62,205 bases of DNA, filler included, from a bacterium (GCA_040757115.1; 5 parts of 5 records of this genome joined end to end with filler, not necessarily neighbours in it), one strand, 5' to 3'. Shown: positions 35,838 through 46,395, counted from the whole stretch's first letter. Translations and numbers: made by a program. The notes: generated by a model not told the origin, from the sequence alone.

Positions 35838-36488
35838 ATGTCTGAAATTACTGAACAGTTAAAAAAGTGGACAGGTGAATTTGGCAAAGAATATACGGAG
35901 AGAAATCCAACCACTCTAAAAGAATTAGAAACATTATATCAAAAAAATTATGGTATAACAAGAACTGAATTAAATAGATTGTTCTTAGAAAACCTGCCTC
36001 TTTCAATGCGGATTCTGGAGGTTGGGTCTAATGTTGGTAATCAATTACTCTGCTTGCAAAAAATGGGTTTTAAAAATTTATATGCTATTGAACCACAAAG
36101 TTATGCCGTTGAACTATCAAAATCAAGAACCAAAGATATTAATATTATCAAGGGAGATGGTTTTGATATTCCTTTTAAAGATAAATACTTTGATCTGGTA
36201 TTTACTTCAGGGGTGCTTATTCATATCCATCCCTCCAGTATCCTTCAGGTTATGAAGGAGATATACAGGTGCACAAAAACTTACATCTGGGGATTTGAAT
36301 ACTATGCTACTGAATATACCGAGATAGTCTATAGAGGGCAGGAAAATTTGCTATGGAAGGTAAATTTTTCCAAAATGTTTCGTGAAGAATTTAATGATTT
36401 AGAACTGGTTAAAGAAAAATATCTGCCGTATCTACATAATGAGAAAAATGTAGATGTAATGTTTTTATTAAAAAAGAAGAGTAAATAA
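35838..36488 (+). CDS. Pseudaminic-acid-biosynthesis-associated SAM methyltransferase
   Basis: W.GEFGKEYTERN, ILEVGSNVG, FTSGVLIHI. Confidence 0.85.
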   Translation: MSEITEQLKKWTGEFGKEYTERNPTTLKELETLYQKNYGITRTELNRLFLENLPLSMRILEVGSNVGNQLLCLQKMGFKNLYAIEPQSYAVELSKSRTKDINIIKGDGFDIPFKDKYFDLVFTSGVLIHIHPSSILQVMKEIYRCTKTYIWGFEYYATEYTEIVYRGQENLLWKVNFSKMFREEFNDLELVKEKYLPYLHNEKNVDVMFLLKKKSK

Positions 36489-36492
36489 GGAT

Positions 36493-37212
36493 ATGAAGGT
36501 TTCTATCATAACCCAGGCAAGAATAACATCTACTCGACTTCCCGCAAAGGTATTAAAAACTATAAAAGGAAAATCCCTGTTGGCTTACCATATTCAAAGG
36601 GCAAAATGGTCAGGTCTGCCTATTATTGTGGCTACAACACTAAAGAATAATGAATCTATTATTGAAGAATGCAATCTATTAAAAACTCCATACTTTAGAG
36701 GAGATGAAGATGATGTATTAAGTAGATATTATCATTGTGCCAGAGAAAACCAGATAGATACTATTATTAGAATAACCTCTGATTGTCCTTTAATAGATGG
36801 ATACTTAGTTAGAGAGGGATATGAAGAATATAAAAGATTAAAGGTGGATTATTTATCAAACTCCATTGAACGAACCTTTCCAAGAGGATTAGATTTTGAA
36901 ATTTTTTCTTTTGAGGCTCTTGAATTAGCCTACAAAAATGCAAAAGAATTGTTTGAAAGAGAACATGTAACCCCTTATATCTGGAAAAGCAATCCAAATT
37001 TATTTAGAATAAAAAATTTTTTATTCAGACTAAACAAATCTGGGTATAGAATCACTGTGGATACGGAAAAAGATTTTGAGGTGATAAAGATTTTAATTGA
37101 AGATTATGGGGCAGACCAAAAGGGTTATGAAGAAATCATTGAGATATTGGATAAGCATCCAGAGATAGTAAAGATTAATGAAAATGTTAAACAGAAAAAC
37201 GATGGAGTGTAA
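36493..37212 (+). CDS. SpsF-type cytidylyltransferase (CMP-nonulosonate synthetase role)
   Basis: QARITSTRLPAKV, RGDEDDVLSRY, RITSDCP, REHVTPYI. Confidence 0.85.
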   Translation: MKVSIITQARITSTRLPAKVLKTIKGKSLLAYHIQRAKWSGLPIIVATTLKNNESIIEECNLLKTPYFRGDEDDVLSRYYHCARENQIDTIIRITSDCPLIDGYLVREGYEEYKRLKVDYLSNSIERTFPRGLDFEIFSFEALELAYKNAKELFEREHVTPYIWKSNPNLFRIKNFLFRLNKSGYRITVDTEKDFEVIKILIEDYGADQKGYEEIIEILDKHPEIVKINENVKQKNDGV

Positions 37213-38239
37213 AAAAAGTAGAGCAATATTCAGAGTTGATGGTGGTGCAGGTATCGGCCTGGGACACATAATGCGATGTTTAAATCTGGCTGATGGATTA
37301 AAAGAAAAAAATATCCAAAGTATATTTATCACTAAAGACAATAATTCAGAAATTGAAAAGCATATTGTTAATTATTTAGTAGAGAAATTGCCTTCACATA
37401 TAGATTTGAAGGAAGACCTGGAGTTAACCATTAATTTAATTAAGAAACATCAACCTGATTTAGTCATTACTGATTCTTATGAAATTGATGAATATTATCT
37501 TGAGCAGATGAAGAAATTGAATGGGACGCTAATAAGTATTGATGACCTATCAAAATTGCATTTCTGTTCTGATATGGTGCTCAATCAGAATATCGGGTTT
37601 AAGGATAGTGATTACTCTACAGAGGGATATACAAGGTTGTTATTAGGGACTAAATATGCTCTTCTGAGAAAGGAATTTGGAGAAAAGCACTGCTTAGAGA
37701 AAGAAATAAAAAGCGTTGCAGGAAATATCTTGATTACCCTTGGTGGAACTGATATTGATAATCAGACGGTTAAAGTAATCAGGGCAATTAAAACAATCGA
37801 AGATAATCTTATTGCTACCGTAATTATGGGACCGGCCTATCAATACGAGGAAATTCTTAACAATGAGATTAAAGGAACAGACGGTCAGTTTATTTTAAGA
37901 AGAAATCCTCAAGATATTTTTGCACTGATGATGAATACTGATGTGGCTATCAGTGCAGGTGGAAGTACTTGCTATGAGCTGGCCTGTTTGGGGGTGCCGA
38001 ATATCATTCTGATCCTGGCTGATAACCAGAAGAAGGTTGCCAACGGATTGGCTAACTACGGCACTTCTGTTAATTTAGGTTGGTTTGAAGAAGTTACTGA
38101 AGAACAAATCAAAGAGGCGGTAGAGGATTTGATTAAAAATAGAGATTGGCGAGAGAAGATGAGCAGGAAAGGTAAAGAATTGGTTGATGGTAGAGGGGTG
38201 AAAAGAGTAGTAGAAGAAATTTGGAGTTTATTGGAGTGA
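37202..38239 (+). CDS. pseG: UDP-sugar hydrolase
   Basis: FRVDGGAGIGLGHIMRC, GGTD, AGGSTCYE, ADNQ. Confidence 0.88.
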   Translation: MECKKSRAIFRVDGGAGIGLGHIMRCLNLADGLKEKNIQSIFITKDNNSEIEKHIVNYLVEKLPSHIDLKEDLELTINLIKKHQPDLVITDSYEIDEYYLEQMKKLNGTLISIDDLSKLHFCSDMVLNQNIGFKDSDYSTEGYTRLLLGTKYALLRKEFGEKHCLEKEIKSVAGNILITLGGTDIDNQTVKVIRAIKTIEDNLIATVIMGPAYQYEEILNNEIKGTDGQFILRRNPQDIFALMMNTDVAISAGGSTCYELACLGVPNIILILADNQKKVANGLANYGTSVNLGWFEEVTEEQIKEAVEDLIKNRDWREKMSRKGKELVDGRGVKRVVEEIWSLLE

Positions 38240-39295
38240 ATGATGAAAAAAGTCAAGATAGGCAATAAATTAATTGGTGAAGATGAACCTTGCTTTGTAA
38301 TTGCTGAGGCAGGAAGTAATCATAACCGTGATTTCAATCAGGCATTAAAACTGATTGATGTAGCGGTTGAATCTCAGGCTGATGCAGTTAAGTTTCAAAC
38401 CTACTCTGCAGAATTTCTCTATTCAAAAAAGACACCTAAGATGAATTATCTAAAAAAAGAGAAATTGACTAAAGAAGATGAATCGGTTTGGGAGCTTATT
38501 AAGCGAATTGAAATGCCCCGAGCATGGCATAAAGACTTATCAGACTATTGTCAGGAAAAAGGAATTATGTTCCTTTCCACTCCTTTTGACCTTCAGGCTG
38601 TAGATGAACTTGAAGAGGTAGGTATGTTGGCACATAAGATTGCTTCATTTGAAATTACCCATTTACCTCTTCTGGAATATGTAGCTAAGACAGGCAAACC
38701 TATAATCCTTTCTACGGGTATGGCTAATCTTTCAGATATTGAAACAGCCCTTGAAGTGATAAATAAACAAGGCAATGAAGATGTTATTTTACTTCATTGT
38801 GCTATAAACTACCCGGCTAAATATGAAAATTTAAACTTAAAAGCGATGCAGACAATGAAACAGGCATTTCAATTACCAGTAGGATTTTCTGACCATAGCC
38901 TGGGTATTACGGCAGATATAGCCGCGGTGGCTCTGGGAGCCAGTGTCATAGAAAAACATTACACCTTAGATAGAAAATTACCCGGTCCTGACCATCCCTT
39001 TGCTTTAGAACCTGATGAGCTAAGGGCAATGGTTCAGGGGATAAGAGATACGGAAAAGGCATTGGGCTCACCAATTAAAAGACATACTAAAGATGAAGAG
39101 GAAATGTTTCATTTAGCCAGAAGAGGTCTTGTTGCCGCATGTCATATCCCCAGAGGAACAAAGATTAGCAGGGAGATGATAGAAGTTAAACGGCCAGGAC
39201 TGGGCATCCCAACCAAAATGATGGATATAGTTATTGGTCGAACCGCTATGGTGGACATCGAAGAAGATGATATACTGACCTGGGAGATGATATGA
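38240..39295 (+). CDS. pseI: Nonulosonic (pseudaminic) acid synthase, NeuB/PseI family
   Basis: IAEAGSNHN, KFQT, STPFD, GFSDH, EKHYTL, SAF domain. Confidence 0.82.
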   Translation: MMKKVKIGNKLIGEDEPCFVIAEAGSNHNRDFNQALKLIDVAVESQADAVKFQTYSAEFLYSKKTPKMNYLKKEKLTKEDESVWELIKRIEMPRAWHKDLSDYCQEKGIMFLSTPFDLQAVDELEEVGMLAHKIASFEITHLPLLEYVAKTGKPIILSTGMANLSDIETALEVINKQGNEDVILLHCAINYPAKYENLNLKAMQTMKQAFQLPVGFSDHSLGITADIAAVALGASVIEKHYTLDRKLPGPDHPFALEPDELRAMVQGIRDTEKALGSPIKRHTKDEEEMFHLARRGLVAACHIPRGTKISREMIEVKRPGLGIPTKMMDIVIGRTAMVDIEEDDILTWEMI

Positions 39296-39774
39296 TAACC
39301 TTACGAGAAGCTACAATTGAAGACAAAGATGATATTTATCATTGGAGAAATGACCCGGTAACAAGAAAACAATCCTTTAATACCAGAGAAATTCCATATC
39401 AAGAACATTGCCAATGGTTCAACAAAGCATTAGAATCTCCCGATAAACTTTTCTATATTGGGATTGATGATAAAAATGAAAAATGTGGTGTTGTCCGATT
39501 TGATCTGCAAGGTGAATTTTCTGCTGAAATAAGTGTTAATGTTCCTGCTTCAAATAGAGGTCGAGGCATTGGTTCACAACTAATTGGACAATCTTGTGCC
39601 TTGTTTTTCTCAAAGACAAAAAGAAAATTTGTCATAGCCAGAATTAAAGAAAAAAATACTGCCTCTATTAAAGCCTTCCAGAAGGCGGGATTTTTGGAAC
39701 TGTTTGGTTATAATGATACTACTGAAGGAAAAGTAGTATCTCTAATTTTACTGGTTAGCAAAAAAGAAAAATGA
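39292..39774 (+). CDS. GNAT N-acetyltransferase (PseH-like)
   Basis: WRNDP.TR..SF, RGRGIG, N.ASIKAF.KAGF; cluster context. Confidence 0.8.
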   Translation: MITLREATIEDKDDIYHWRNDPVTRKQSFNTREIPYQEHCQWFNKALESPDKLFYIGIDDKNEKCGVVRFDLQGEFSAEISVNVPASNRGRGIGSQLIGQSCALFFSKTKRKFVIARIKEKNTASIKAFQKAGFLELFGYNDTTEGKVVSLILLVSKKEK

Positions 39775-39776
39775 AG

Positions 39777-39991
39777 GTAAGCGTTCATCTACTTAAAAAA
39801 ATAACTGTAAAATGTAAAATGAGCAATTAAAAATTTAAAAGTCAATTCTGTGTTCTGGCAGTAAGAATTGATTTCCCAATCATCTTGCATAATTCTTCAG
39901 CCTCATCAAGTATATTTTGTAACCATCCTTTCATTTTACATTGCCCATTTTACATTATTATTAGATATCTTGCAATGACCTGAACGCTTAC
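39777..39991. mobile_element. IS66-type MITE carrying an internally deleted four-helix-bundle relic (39842-39934, minus)
   Basis: GTAAGCGTTCA...TGAACGCTTAC; MKGWLQNILDEAEELCKMIGKSILTARTQN between TGTAAAA arms. Confidence 0.78.
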
Positions 39992-40045
39992 TTTTAAACA
40001 AATATGGATTGACTGAAAAATTTACTGACTTCATGGAAAAGCATT

Positions 40046-40237
40046 ATGGAAAATAATCAAAAAATTAAAATAGGTAAGAGAATATTAACTAGAAAAGAAT
40101 TATTTGAAGAAAAGGGGAAATTCCGCAAAGAACGGGCTAAACTTCCTTTTAATGAAAAAATAAAGGCACTTAGTCAATTACAGGAGCTTGCATATAGTTG
40201 GGGAAACAAAAAAGATATAATCGTATGGAAAATATAA
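40046..40237 (+). CDS. Small basic hypothetical protein
   Basis: 63-aa ORF; no family recognised. Confidence 0.5.
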   Translation: MENNQKIKIGKRILTRKELFEEKGKFRKERAKLPFNEKIKALSQLQELAYSWGNKKDIIVWKI

Positions 40238-40387
40238 GACTTCTGCAAAACGAGAAAAAATGAGGTAACTGTTCAGGGTATAATGAAGGGAAAAGGGAAA
40301 ATAGTGGAAAAATGGAAAATTTAGGGACGGCTCATTTTAGTATGAAAGATTAAGGAAAAATAATTCTTTTATCTCCAGAAAAAATCA

Positions 40388-41683
40388 ATGAATAATAATT
40401 TTAATCTTGCCTATATCCTTAAACATAAACTCGTTACAAATACTTTTGTCTACACAAATTCTAATATTATTGTCTCGGCTATTCCATTTCTGCTTTTACC
40501 TATTCTAACCCGTTATTTAACCCCTGCTGATTATGGTATTGTTGCTACTTTTCAGGTAATATTAGCGATAATAACAATAGTGGTGGGATTAAATACTCAC
40601 GGTGCGGTAGCGGTAAATTTTTTCCAGATGAATGAACAGGAAATCAAGATTTATATAGGCAATATAGCCTATATTATAATTATTAGTTTTGTTTTGACCT
40701 TTGGGTTAATCAGTATGTTCATAAAGCCGCTTTCCTATCTGTTAAAATTCCCAGGAGAGTGGTTACCTATTATAGCTGTGGTTGCTTTGTCACAGGCTGT
40801 TTCTCTGGTTACTCTTACACTCTGGCAGGTAAAACAAAAACCTGTCCCTTATGGAATCTTCCAAATTGCTCAAATGCTTATTAATGTTAGTCTCTCTTTG
40901 TTCTTTGTGGTAGTATTGGGTTGGAAATGGCAGGGGAGATTATCAGGTATAATTATTACCTCTATTATCTTTGCCGTTGTTGCTGGTTTTATAATTTTCA
41001 AAAAAAAATATATAGGATTTTCCTTTAATAAGGGTTATGTTAAAGATGCTTTGTTTTTTGGCATTCCCCTTATCCCACATGCGTTAGCTGGCTGGGTGAT
41101 GACAGGCATAGATAGAATTTTCCTTAATTCAATGGTTGGCGTTGCTACAACCGGTATTTATATGGTAGGTTATCAAGTAGGAATGATTATAGGTTTATTA
41201 GCCACTTCATTTAATCAAACCTGGGCACCATTTCTATATGAAAAATTAAAGGAAAATAATTATTCTACAAAGGTAAAGATTGTTAAATTCACATATTTAT
41301 ACTATATATCTATAATTACCCTGGCATTAGTATTAAGTTTTTTAGCTCCATTTTTGCTAAAATTTTTTGTGGGAAAGAGTTTTCATTCTGCATATAAATA
41401 TGTCTTGTGGATTGCTTTGGGCTATGCGGCAAACGGTATGTATTATATGGTCGCAAATTATATTTTTTATGTTAAAAAAACCTACATTTTAGTTTGCATA
41501 ACATTTTTTTCCGCAGGTGTTAATATAGTTCTAAATTATTTTCTAATAAAGGCTAACGGAGCAATAGGTGCCGCTCAATCAGCAACAATTAGTTTTTTTA
41601 CTGTATTTATTCTTACCTGGATATTAAGTGCAAAGGTCTATTCTATGCCCTGGTTTAGCTTTTGGAAACGAAATGAGGTATAA
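40388..41683 (+). CDS. wzx: Oligosaccharide flippase (Wzx/MOP family)
   Basis: Multi-pass membrane protein; PFLLLPILTRYLTPADYG, IDRIFL. Confidence 0.85.
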   Translation: MNNNFNLAYILKHKLVTNTFVYTNSNIIVSAIPFLLLPILTRYLTPADYGIVATFQVILAIITIVVGLNTHGAVAVNFFQMNEQEIKIYIGNIAYIIIISFVLTFGLISMFIKPLSYLLKFPGEWLPIIAVVALSQAVSLVTLTLWQVKQKPVPYGIFQIAQMLINVSLSLFFVVVLGWKWQGRLSGIIITSIIFAVVAGFIIFKKKYIGFSFNKGYVKDALFFGIPLIPHALAGWVMTGIDRIFLNSMVGVATTGIYMVGYQVGMIIGLLATSFNQTWAPFLYEKLKENNYSTKVKIVKFTYLYYISIITLALVLSFLAPFLLKFFVGKSFHSAYKYVLWIALGYAANGMYYMVANYIFYVKKTYILVCITFFSAGVNIVLNYFLIKANGAIGAAQSATISFFTVFILTWILSAKVYSMPWFSFWKRNEV

Positions 41684-41684
41684 G

Positions 41685-43109
41685 ATGTTAACATTAAAAG
41701 ATTCTTTAATTATCGAAAACAATTCAGAAATATTCGATTTTAGATTTGAATTTGATAATATTCTTATGTGGCCATTTATGAGATTTGATTTGCATAACAT
41801 CCCGATTTTCAAAGAATATAATCTTGGTCAGCTTCCTTCATCAAGGGAAAAATTAACTTTTATATATTTAAAAAATACACTCCTTAATAATCCCTTCAAA
41901 TACAGTTTAAAAACCAAATATGATATTTTAATGTTTTGCTCTGGAATTACAAATGTAAAAAAGGGAGATAAATATTTTAATAGAGTAAGTGACCATTTTG
42001 CTTTTATAAATAAGGATGAAACTTTGTTAATAGAAGATTCTGTAAGAAGAAGAATATATTATACACCAAGATATTTTCCCAATATTTGCTATCACGATTT
42101 CATCCCTCTTGCAGGTTATATTAAATCAAAGTTTGTTAAGCCATGCAAAAAAGATATTATCACCATAAAAAATCTGCGAAAATTTTTAGAACAACTTTTC
42201 CCGTATCAACTTGAAAAATCAGAGTTAAATACAATAGAAAATGCTTTGTTGTATATTTCGAAAAGGTTAACTATATATTATTATTTATATAATAAATTAT
42301 TTGACAAATTTAATCCCAAAGTAATATTTTTAGAAGATGGCAGTTATGGTGGAAATAGTTATATTCTGAAATGGGCTAAGGCAAGAAATATTATTACCAT
42401 AGAACCAGAACATGGGATTGTTTTTGAAAATCATCCGGCATACAATTACGGTAACGCCATACTTAATTCAGATTTTTACAAGGAATATTTGCCTGACTAT
42501 TTCTTAACTTATGGTAAATATTGGGGTGAAGTAATAAATTTGCCTGTTAAAAAAATAGCCATTGGTAATCCTTTCTATTGCGAAAATATAAAAAAAATAT
42601 CCACTACCAATCAGTTTCAGACTAAAACAAAAATATTAATTGTCTTCTCTGGAGGGATAATTCCAGAGATGAAAAAAATTGTCTTAAAGTTCCTCTCTAT
42701 CATTGATAACAGTAAATATGATGTTTCTTTTAGAGTCCATCCCACTGAGTTACCTGATGTGAAAGAGAGGTATTCTGAGATTATAGCCAAAAATACAATA
42801 AAAATAGATACTGAATCAGATGTGTATTTAAGTTTATTAAATACAGATTTCGTAGTCGGTGAACCTTCTACTGTTTTGGTTGAATCAATAGGTTTTTGCA
42901 AATCTGTTTTTGTGATTGACCATCCATTCACAGATTTGTATTTTCCCAGAAGCATAATTAAACGATTTTCGAATGCAGAGGAATTAATGAATCTTATTAT
43001 AACACATAACTCAAACAATGAAATTAACAAAGATTATATCTGGGAACCTGATTGGGAAGTTAATTATAAAAATTTTATGAATAGATTAATGTCTGTGAAT
43101 TTGAAATAG
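41685..43109 (+). CDS. Putative nonulosonate (GT-B) transferase
   Basis: EHG, PDYFLTYG.YW, IGNP, RVHP.E motifs; follows wzx; start after GAGGT. Confidence 0.6.
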   Translation: MLTLKDSLIIENNSEIFDFRFEFDNILMWPFMRFDLHNIPIFKEYNLGQLPSSREKLTFIYLKNTLLNNPFKYSLKTKYDILMFCSGITNVKKGDKYFNRVSDHFAFINKDETLLIEDSVRRRIYYTPRYFPNICYHDFIPLAGYIKSKFVKPCKKDIITIKNLRKFLEQLFPYQLEKSELNTIENALLYISKRLTIYYYLYNKLFDKFNPKVIFLEDGSYGGNSYILKWAKARNIITIEPEHGIVFENHPAYNYGNAILNSDFYKEYLPDYFLTYGKYWGEVINLPVKKIAIGNPFYCENIKKISTTNQFQTKTKILIVFSGGIIPEMKKIVLKFLSIIDNSKYDVSFRVHPTELPDVKERYSEIIAKNTIKIDTESDVYLSLLNTDFVVGEPSTVLVESIGFCKSVFVIDHPFTDLYFPRSIIKRFSNAEELMNLIITHNSNNEINKDYIWEPDWEVNYKNFMNRLMSVNLK

Positions 43110-43155
43110 ACCTTCACCCCACCATTTTCTCTTAACATGTTGTGAATATAACACT

Positions 43156-43379
43156 TATAGCACTTATTAGTCAAAATTTGACATATAGTAGTTATTAACG
43201 AAAATTTCTCATAGAACAGATATAGCAACAGGGTTGATGGTTGATAGTTTATAGTTGATAGTTTATAGTTTCATAGACTATCAACCATCAACCATCAACA
43301 ATACTAATGTGAAGTTTTGGTTAATACTTACTATACTTATCGGCATTTCTAAGTAAAATTTTGAATAATAACTGCTATA
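43156..43379. mobile_element. Two nested TATAG-ended MITEs (inner 43184-43335)
   Basis: Outer tatagcacttatta/taataactgctata; inner tatagtagttattaa/ttaatacttactata with TGATAGT/CTATCAA arms. Confidence 0.8.
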
Positions 43380-43438
43380 TTACTGCCCTAATTATTTGCT
43401 CTGTCAGTGCTTTTTCTCTGTGGTGAACGATTACCTTT

Positions 43439-44776
43439 TTACCTACTACCTGAATGGTTACCTCTAATCGTTATCTGTGAAGTAACAATTCCTTTTTCAA
43501 ATCCCAATTGATTTAGCAATTCAGTTTTAACGGGTAATATGCATTCATTCGCTGAGGGATTTAATTTAAACAACCAATCATACAAATTTTTGTATTTTTC
43601 CACTAATAGTTTTTGTTTTTTAATCTGGTCATGAAAGTATTTATTTGGCCAGAAACGTAAATCTCGTGGGACAAAAAGGATATGTGAATGTCCTAATTCA
43701 ACCAGTTCCACAAGTTTATGTGCCTCATGTTCAAATTGAACTACCTCTTGACTTTCTCCTCTCTCCGGGTCATCAACATTAGTCAGTCGAGGTTTTTTTA
43801 TCACGCGGAATGGCAAATCAAACATCTTTCTATCAATTGAGGTATGTAGCCAGCCCATATTGGTATTAAATTCTTCTATATTCAACAAATCATTATGGCT
43901 GTGTGGTGAAATTCGGGTAAGTTCTAAAATACCCGGTCCTGTTTGACCATCTGGTCGTTTCATCAGAACGCATTTTCCGCCTTTTTTGTCCTCTGCAGAT
44001 TGCCGGGCAGATTCAAACATTATTTGCACCTGTTGTGTTTCATTGAGCCAGGAAAAATATCCCGCGATAGTTAGGTCTATTTTTGCCTCAGAGTTATCCA
44101 CATTACAGATTAAAAGTATCTCTCCACCGTTATTAATAAATTCGTCATAAAGTCCACTTTTTTCAAACGCTTGATAGACATCGCCGTGTCCTTTAGTAAC
44201 GATACTTAATCTGCCGCTTTTGCGAGTAATTAATTCTGCGGTTTTGGGATTAATTCTTGGCCAACCCAAATCCTGGCAAAAATGTTTTGGTTTGACTTTC
44301 AGATTGAAATCATTAAATTTTTTAAGGTAGTCTTTTGTATCTTTATCTGTTGACGGACTATTCATAAAATATGTTGGTATGGGTAGTCCAGTTTGATAGA
44401 TAGAATAAAGTTTGATGGCAATAAAACTAATTGGTGTGAGCATAATTGCTTGAAATATACCTTTAGTTGGTCGATAGCCTAATTCTTTCTCATACGAAGT
44501 GGCAACACCACCGTTTAAGATTATCATCCCTAACTTACCATTTTCTGCCAGGTTAAATCCTCTTTGAGAAAAGTAATCTGGCATAAGCCCATTTTGTTGC
44601 TCAATTACAGATAACTCGTCATAAGAACTCATATATTTTGTTCCTTTTAATGAACAAATCTCACCATCATAAATTACTTCTAACTCATTTCGCAGGTATT
44701 TCTGGCGAATTTCACCAAATTTTTCTACATCCATTTCTGGATAATTTTTCTTTAACCAGTCTAAATTGTTATTCAT
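43439..44776 (-). CDS. UDP-sugar pyrophosphorylase, eukaryote-type UDPGP family
   Basis: ILNGGVATS, FMNS, FCQ, GHGDVY, NVDN, KKGG, FNTN; start set at MNNNL. Confidence 0.8.
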   Translation of the reverse strand: MNNNLDWLKKNYPEMDVEKFGEIRQKYLRNELEVIYDGEICSLKGTKYMSSYDELSVIEQQNGLMPDYFSQRGFNLAENGKLGMIILNGGVATSYEKELGYRPTKGIFQAIMLTPISFIAIKLYSIYQTGLPIPTYFMNSPSTDKDTKDYLKKFNDFNLKVKPKHFCQDLGWPRINPKTAELITRKSGRLSIVTKGHGDVYQAFEKSGLYDEFINNGGEILLICNVDNSEAKIDLTIAGYFSWLNETQQVQIMFESARQSAEDKKGGKCVLMKRPDGQTGPGILELTRISPHSHNDLLNIEEFNTNMGWLHTSIDRKMFDLPFRVIKKPRLTNVDDPERGESQEVVQFEHEAHKLVELVELGHSHILFVPRDLRFWPNKYFHDQIKKQKLLVEKYKNLYDWLFKLNPSANECILPVKTELLNQLGFEKGIVTSQITIRGNHSGSR

Positions 44777-45053
44777 AACCGTTCTCCTGAAAAATAGGAA
44801 GTAGAAAGTAGAGAGTAGAAAGTAGAGAGAAAATCTTTCCTCCACCTGTTTTTTCCTATTTCTCCTGAAAATGTGTGTAACTTGTTGTAATTATTAATGT
44901 TTTGTAATAGCGATAGGGAAGTAATACCGTCTCTTCTCTTAAAAACGCACAATATCCCCCTCCCGCCATCGTCTCAAAAACTATTTGTCTCTAAACTATC
45001 GCTCCCCTTCTATTAACAACCTATTATCCATAGATTTATACTATATATTCTAA

Positions 45054-45194
45054 ATATATGGTCAGCCAGCATAGCTATTAAAAATTTCTCCTGCGTGCTC
45101 TATGGCAACATTCCTTTGTTCTTATGTCTGGCTCGGTCAGTTTCTCCTTCGGGGTCTATACCACCAGTAACGCCCGACCTCTCTTACCATATAT
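45054..45194 (-). ncRNA. Candidate bridge/seek RNA with two guide loops
   Basis: 9-bp closing stem ATATATGGT/ACCATATAT; two covarying bulged hairpins with YATAGA loops, each followed by AGGAGAAA; G-U pairs favour the minus strand. Confidence 0.7.
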
Positions 45195-45209
45195 CCTTTT
45201 GTCTATATC

Positions 45210-46395
45210 CTATGCTACTTTCTTAAGAAAAACTACATCATAACCAAGATTGAGTAGTATCTTCCTGTAACTCCCTGCTATCTTCTTTCTCCTCTTCTCA
45301 TCAAGATAACTTATCCCAATCTCTTTATATCCTACTTTATTCTTCAAAATGTAATAACTCATTATCAATATCTTATGTCCTATCGCTACTAATGCTCGTT
45401 TCTTCCCCCGCCTACCTGCAAGACGGTGATACTTTGAATTTAAATAACTATCCTTCTTCTTTGACCCCGCCCAAGCACTTTCTGTTAATGTCACTTTTAA
45501 ACCTTTATTACCGTGAGTTGTCCCACAACTTTTTTTTTACCAGCACTCTCGTTATTCCCAGGACTCATTCCTGCCCACGAGGATAAATGTGCCTCTGTAG
45601 GAAATTTACTCATATCTACGCCTATCTCGGCTATTATGGAGGCGGCACTATCTCCTTTTACTCCAGGTATGGTCTGCAGTAATTCATACTCTTTCCTATA
45701 CTTATCTATCTTCTTGTCTATCTCCTCTTCTATTCTTTCTACTATCTCCTCTATCCCCCTAATATGTCTTAATGACTCCTTTATCATAAATTTATGATGC
45801 TCCTCAAATTTCCCAAATAACGCTTCTTTTATCACTTCTTTTTTCCCTTGTAGTCTCCCTCTGGCTAAATCGCTCATCTCCTCTATAGTTAATTTCCCCT
45901 TCATTAATTCCTCTATAATTTCACTCCCACTTACTCCAAATGTCTCTGTTACTACTGACGATAACTTTATATTCGCATCCTCTAATACCCTTTGTATCCT
46001 ATTCTTCTCCGCTGAAATAGATTGAACAAGCTTCCTCCTATACCTCGTCAAATCCCTTAACTCACGAATATCCCGCGGTGGGATAAAACTCCCTCTTACT
46101 AAACCATTCCTTAATAACTTACACAACCATTCAGCATCACAAACATCGGTCTTCCGACCAGGAACATACTTTATATGTCGTGCATTTACCAGTATAACCT
46201 CAAAATCCTCCTCTAATATGTTAAATACAGGCTTCCAATATACCCCTGTGCTTTCCATGGCTACATGAGTAACCCCCTTGCTCTTAAGCCATTCCCTTAA
46301 CTTCAGCAAATCGTTTGTAAATGTCCTGTAACTTCGCACCTCCTTCGCAATACCAATTCCATCAAACATGCAGTTAAACTTTCCTTGTGCACATC
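45210..46395 (-). pseudogene. IS110 DEDD recombinase, disrupted
   Basis: DVHKESLTACLM, MESTGVYWKP, RKTDVCDA, TIPGV, NNESAGK; 1-nt frameshift near 46359, -1 shift at the A9 run (45530-45538), N-terminus removed by IS66 insertion. Confidence 0.9.

Larger units (their letters stand above)
44861..46395 (-). mobile_element. IS110-family element; right end ATTTTCAGGAGA, left part cut by IS66
   Basis: Recombinase gene, ~350-nt downstream non-coding region, terminus shared with the AGGAGA-MITE family. Confidence 0.8.
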
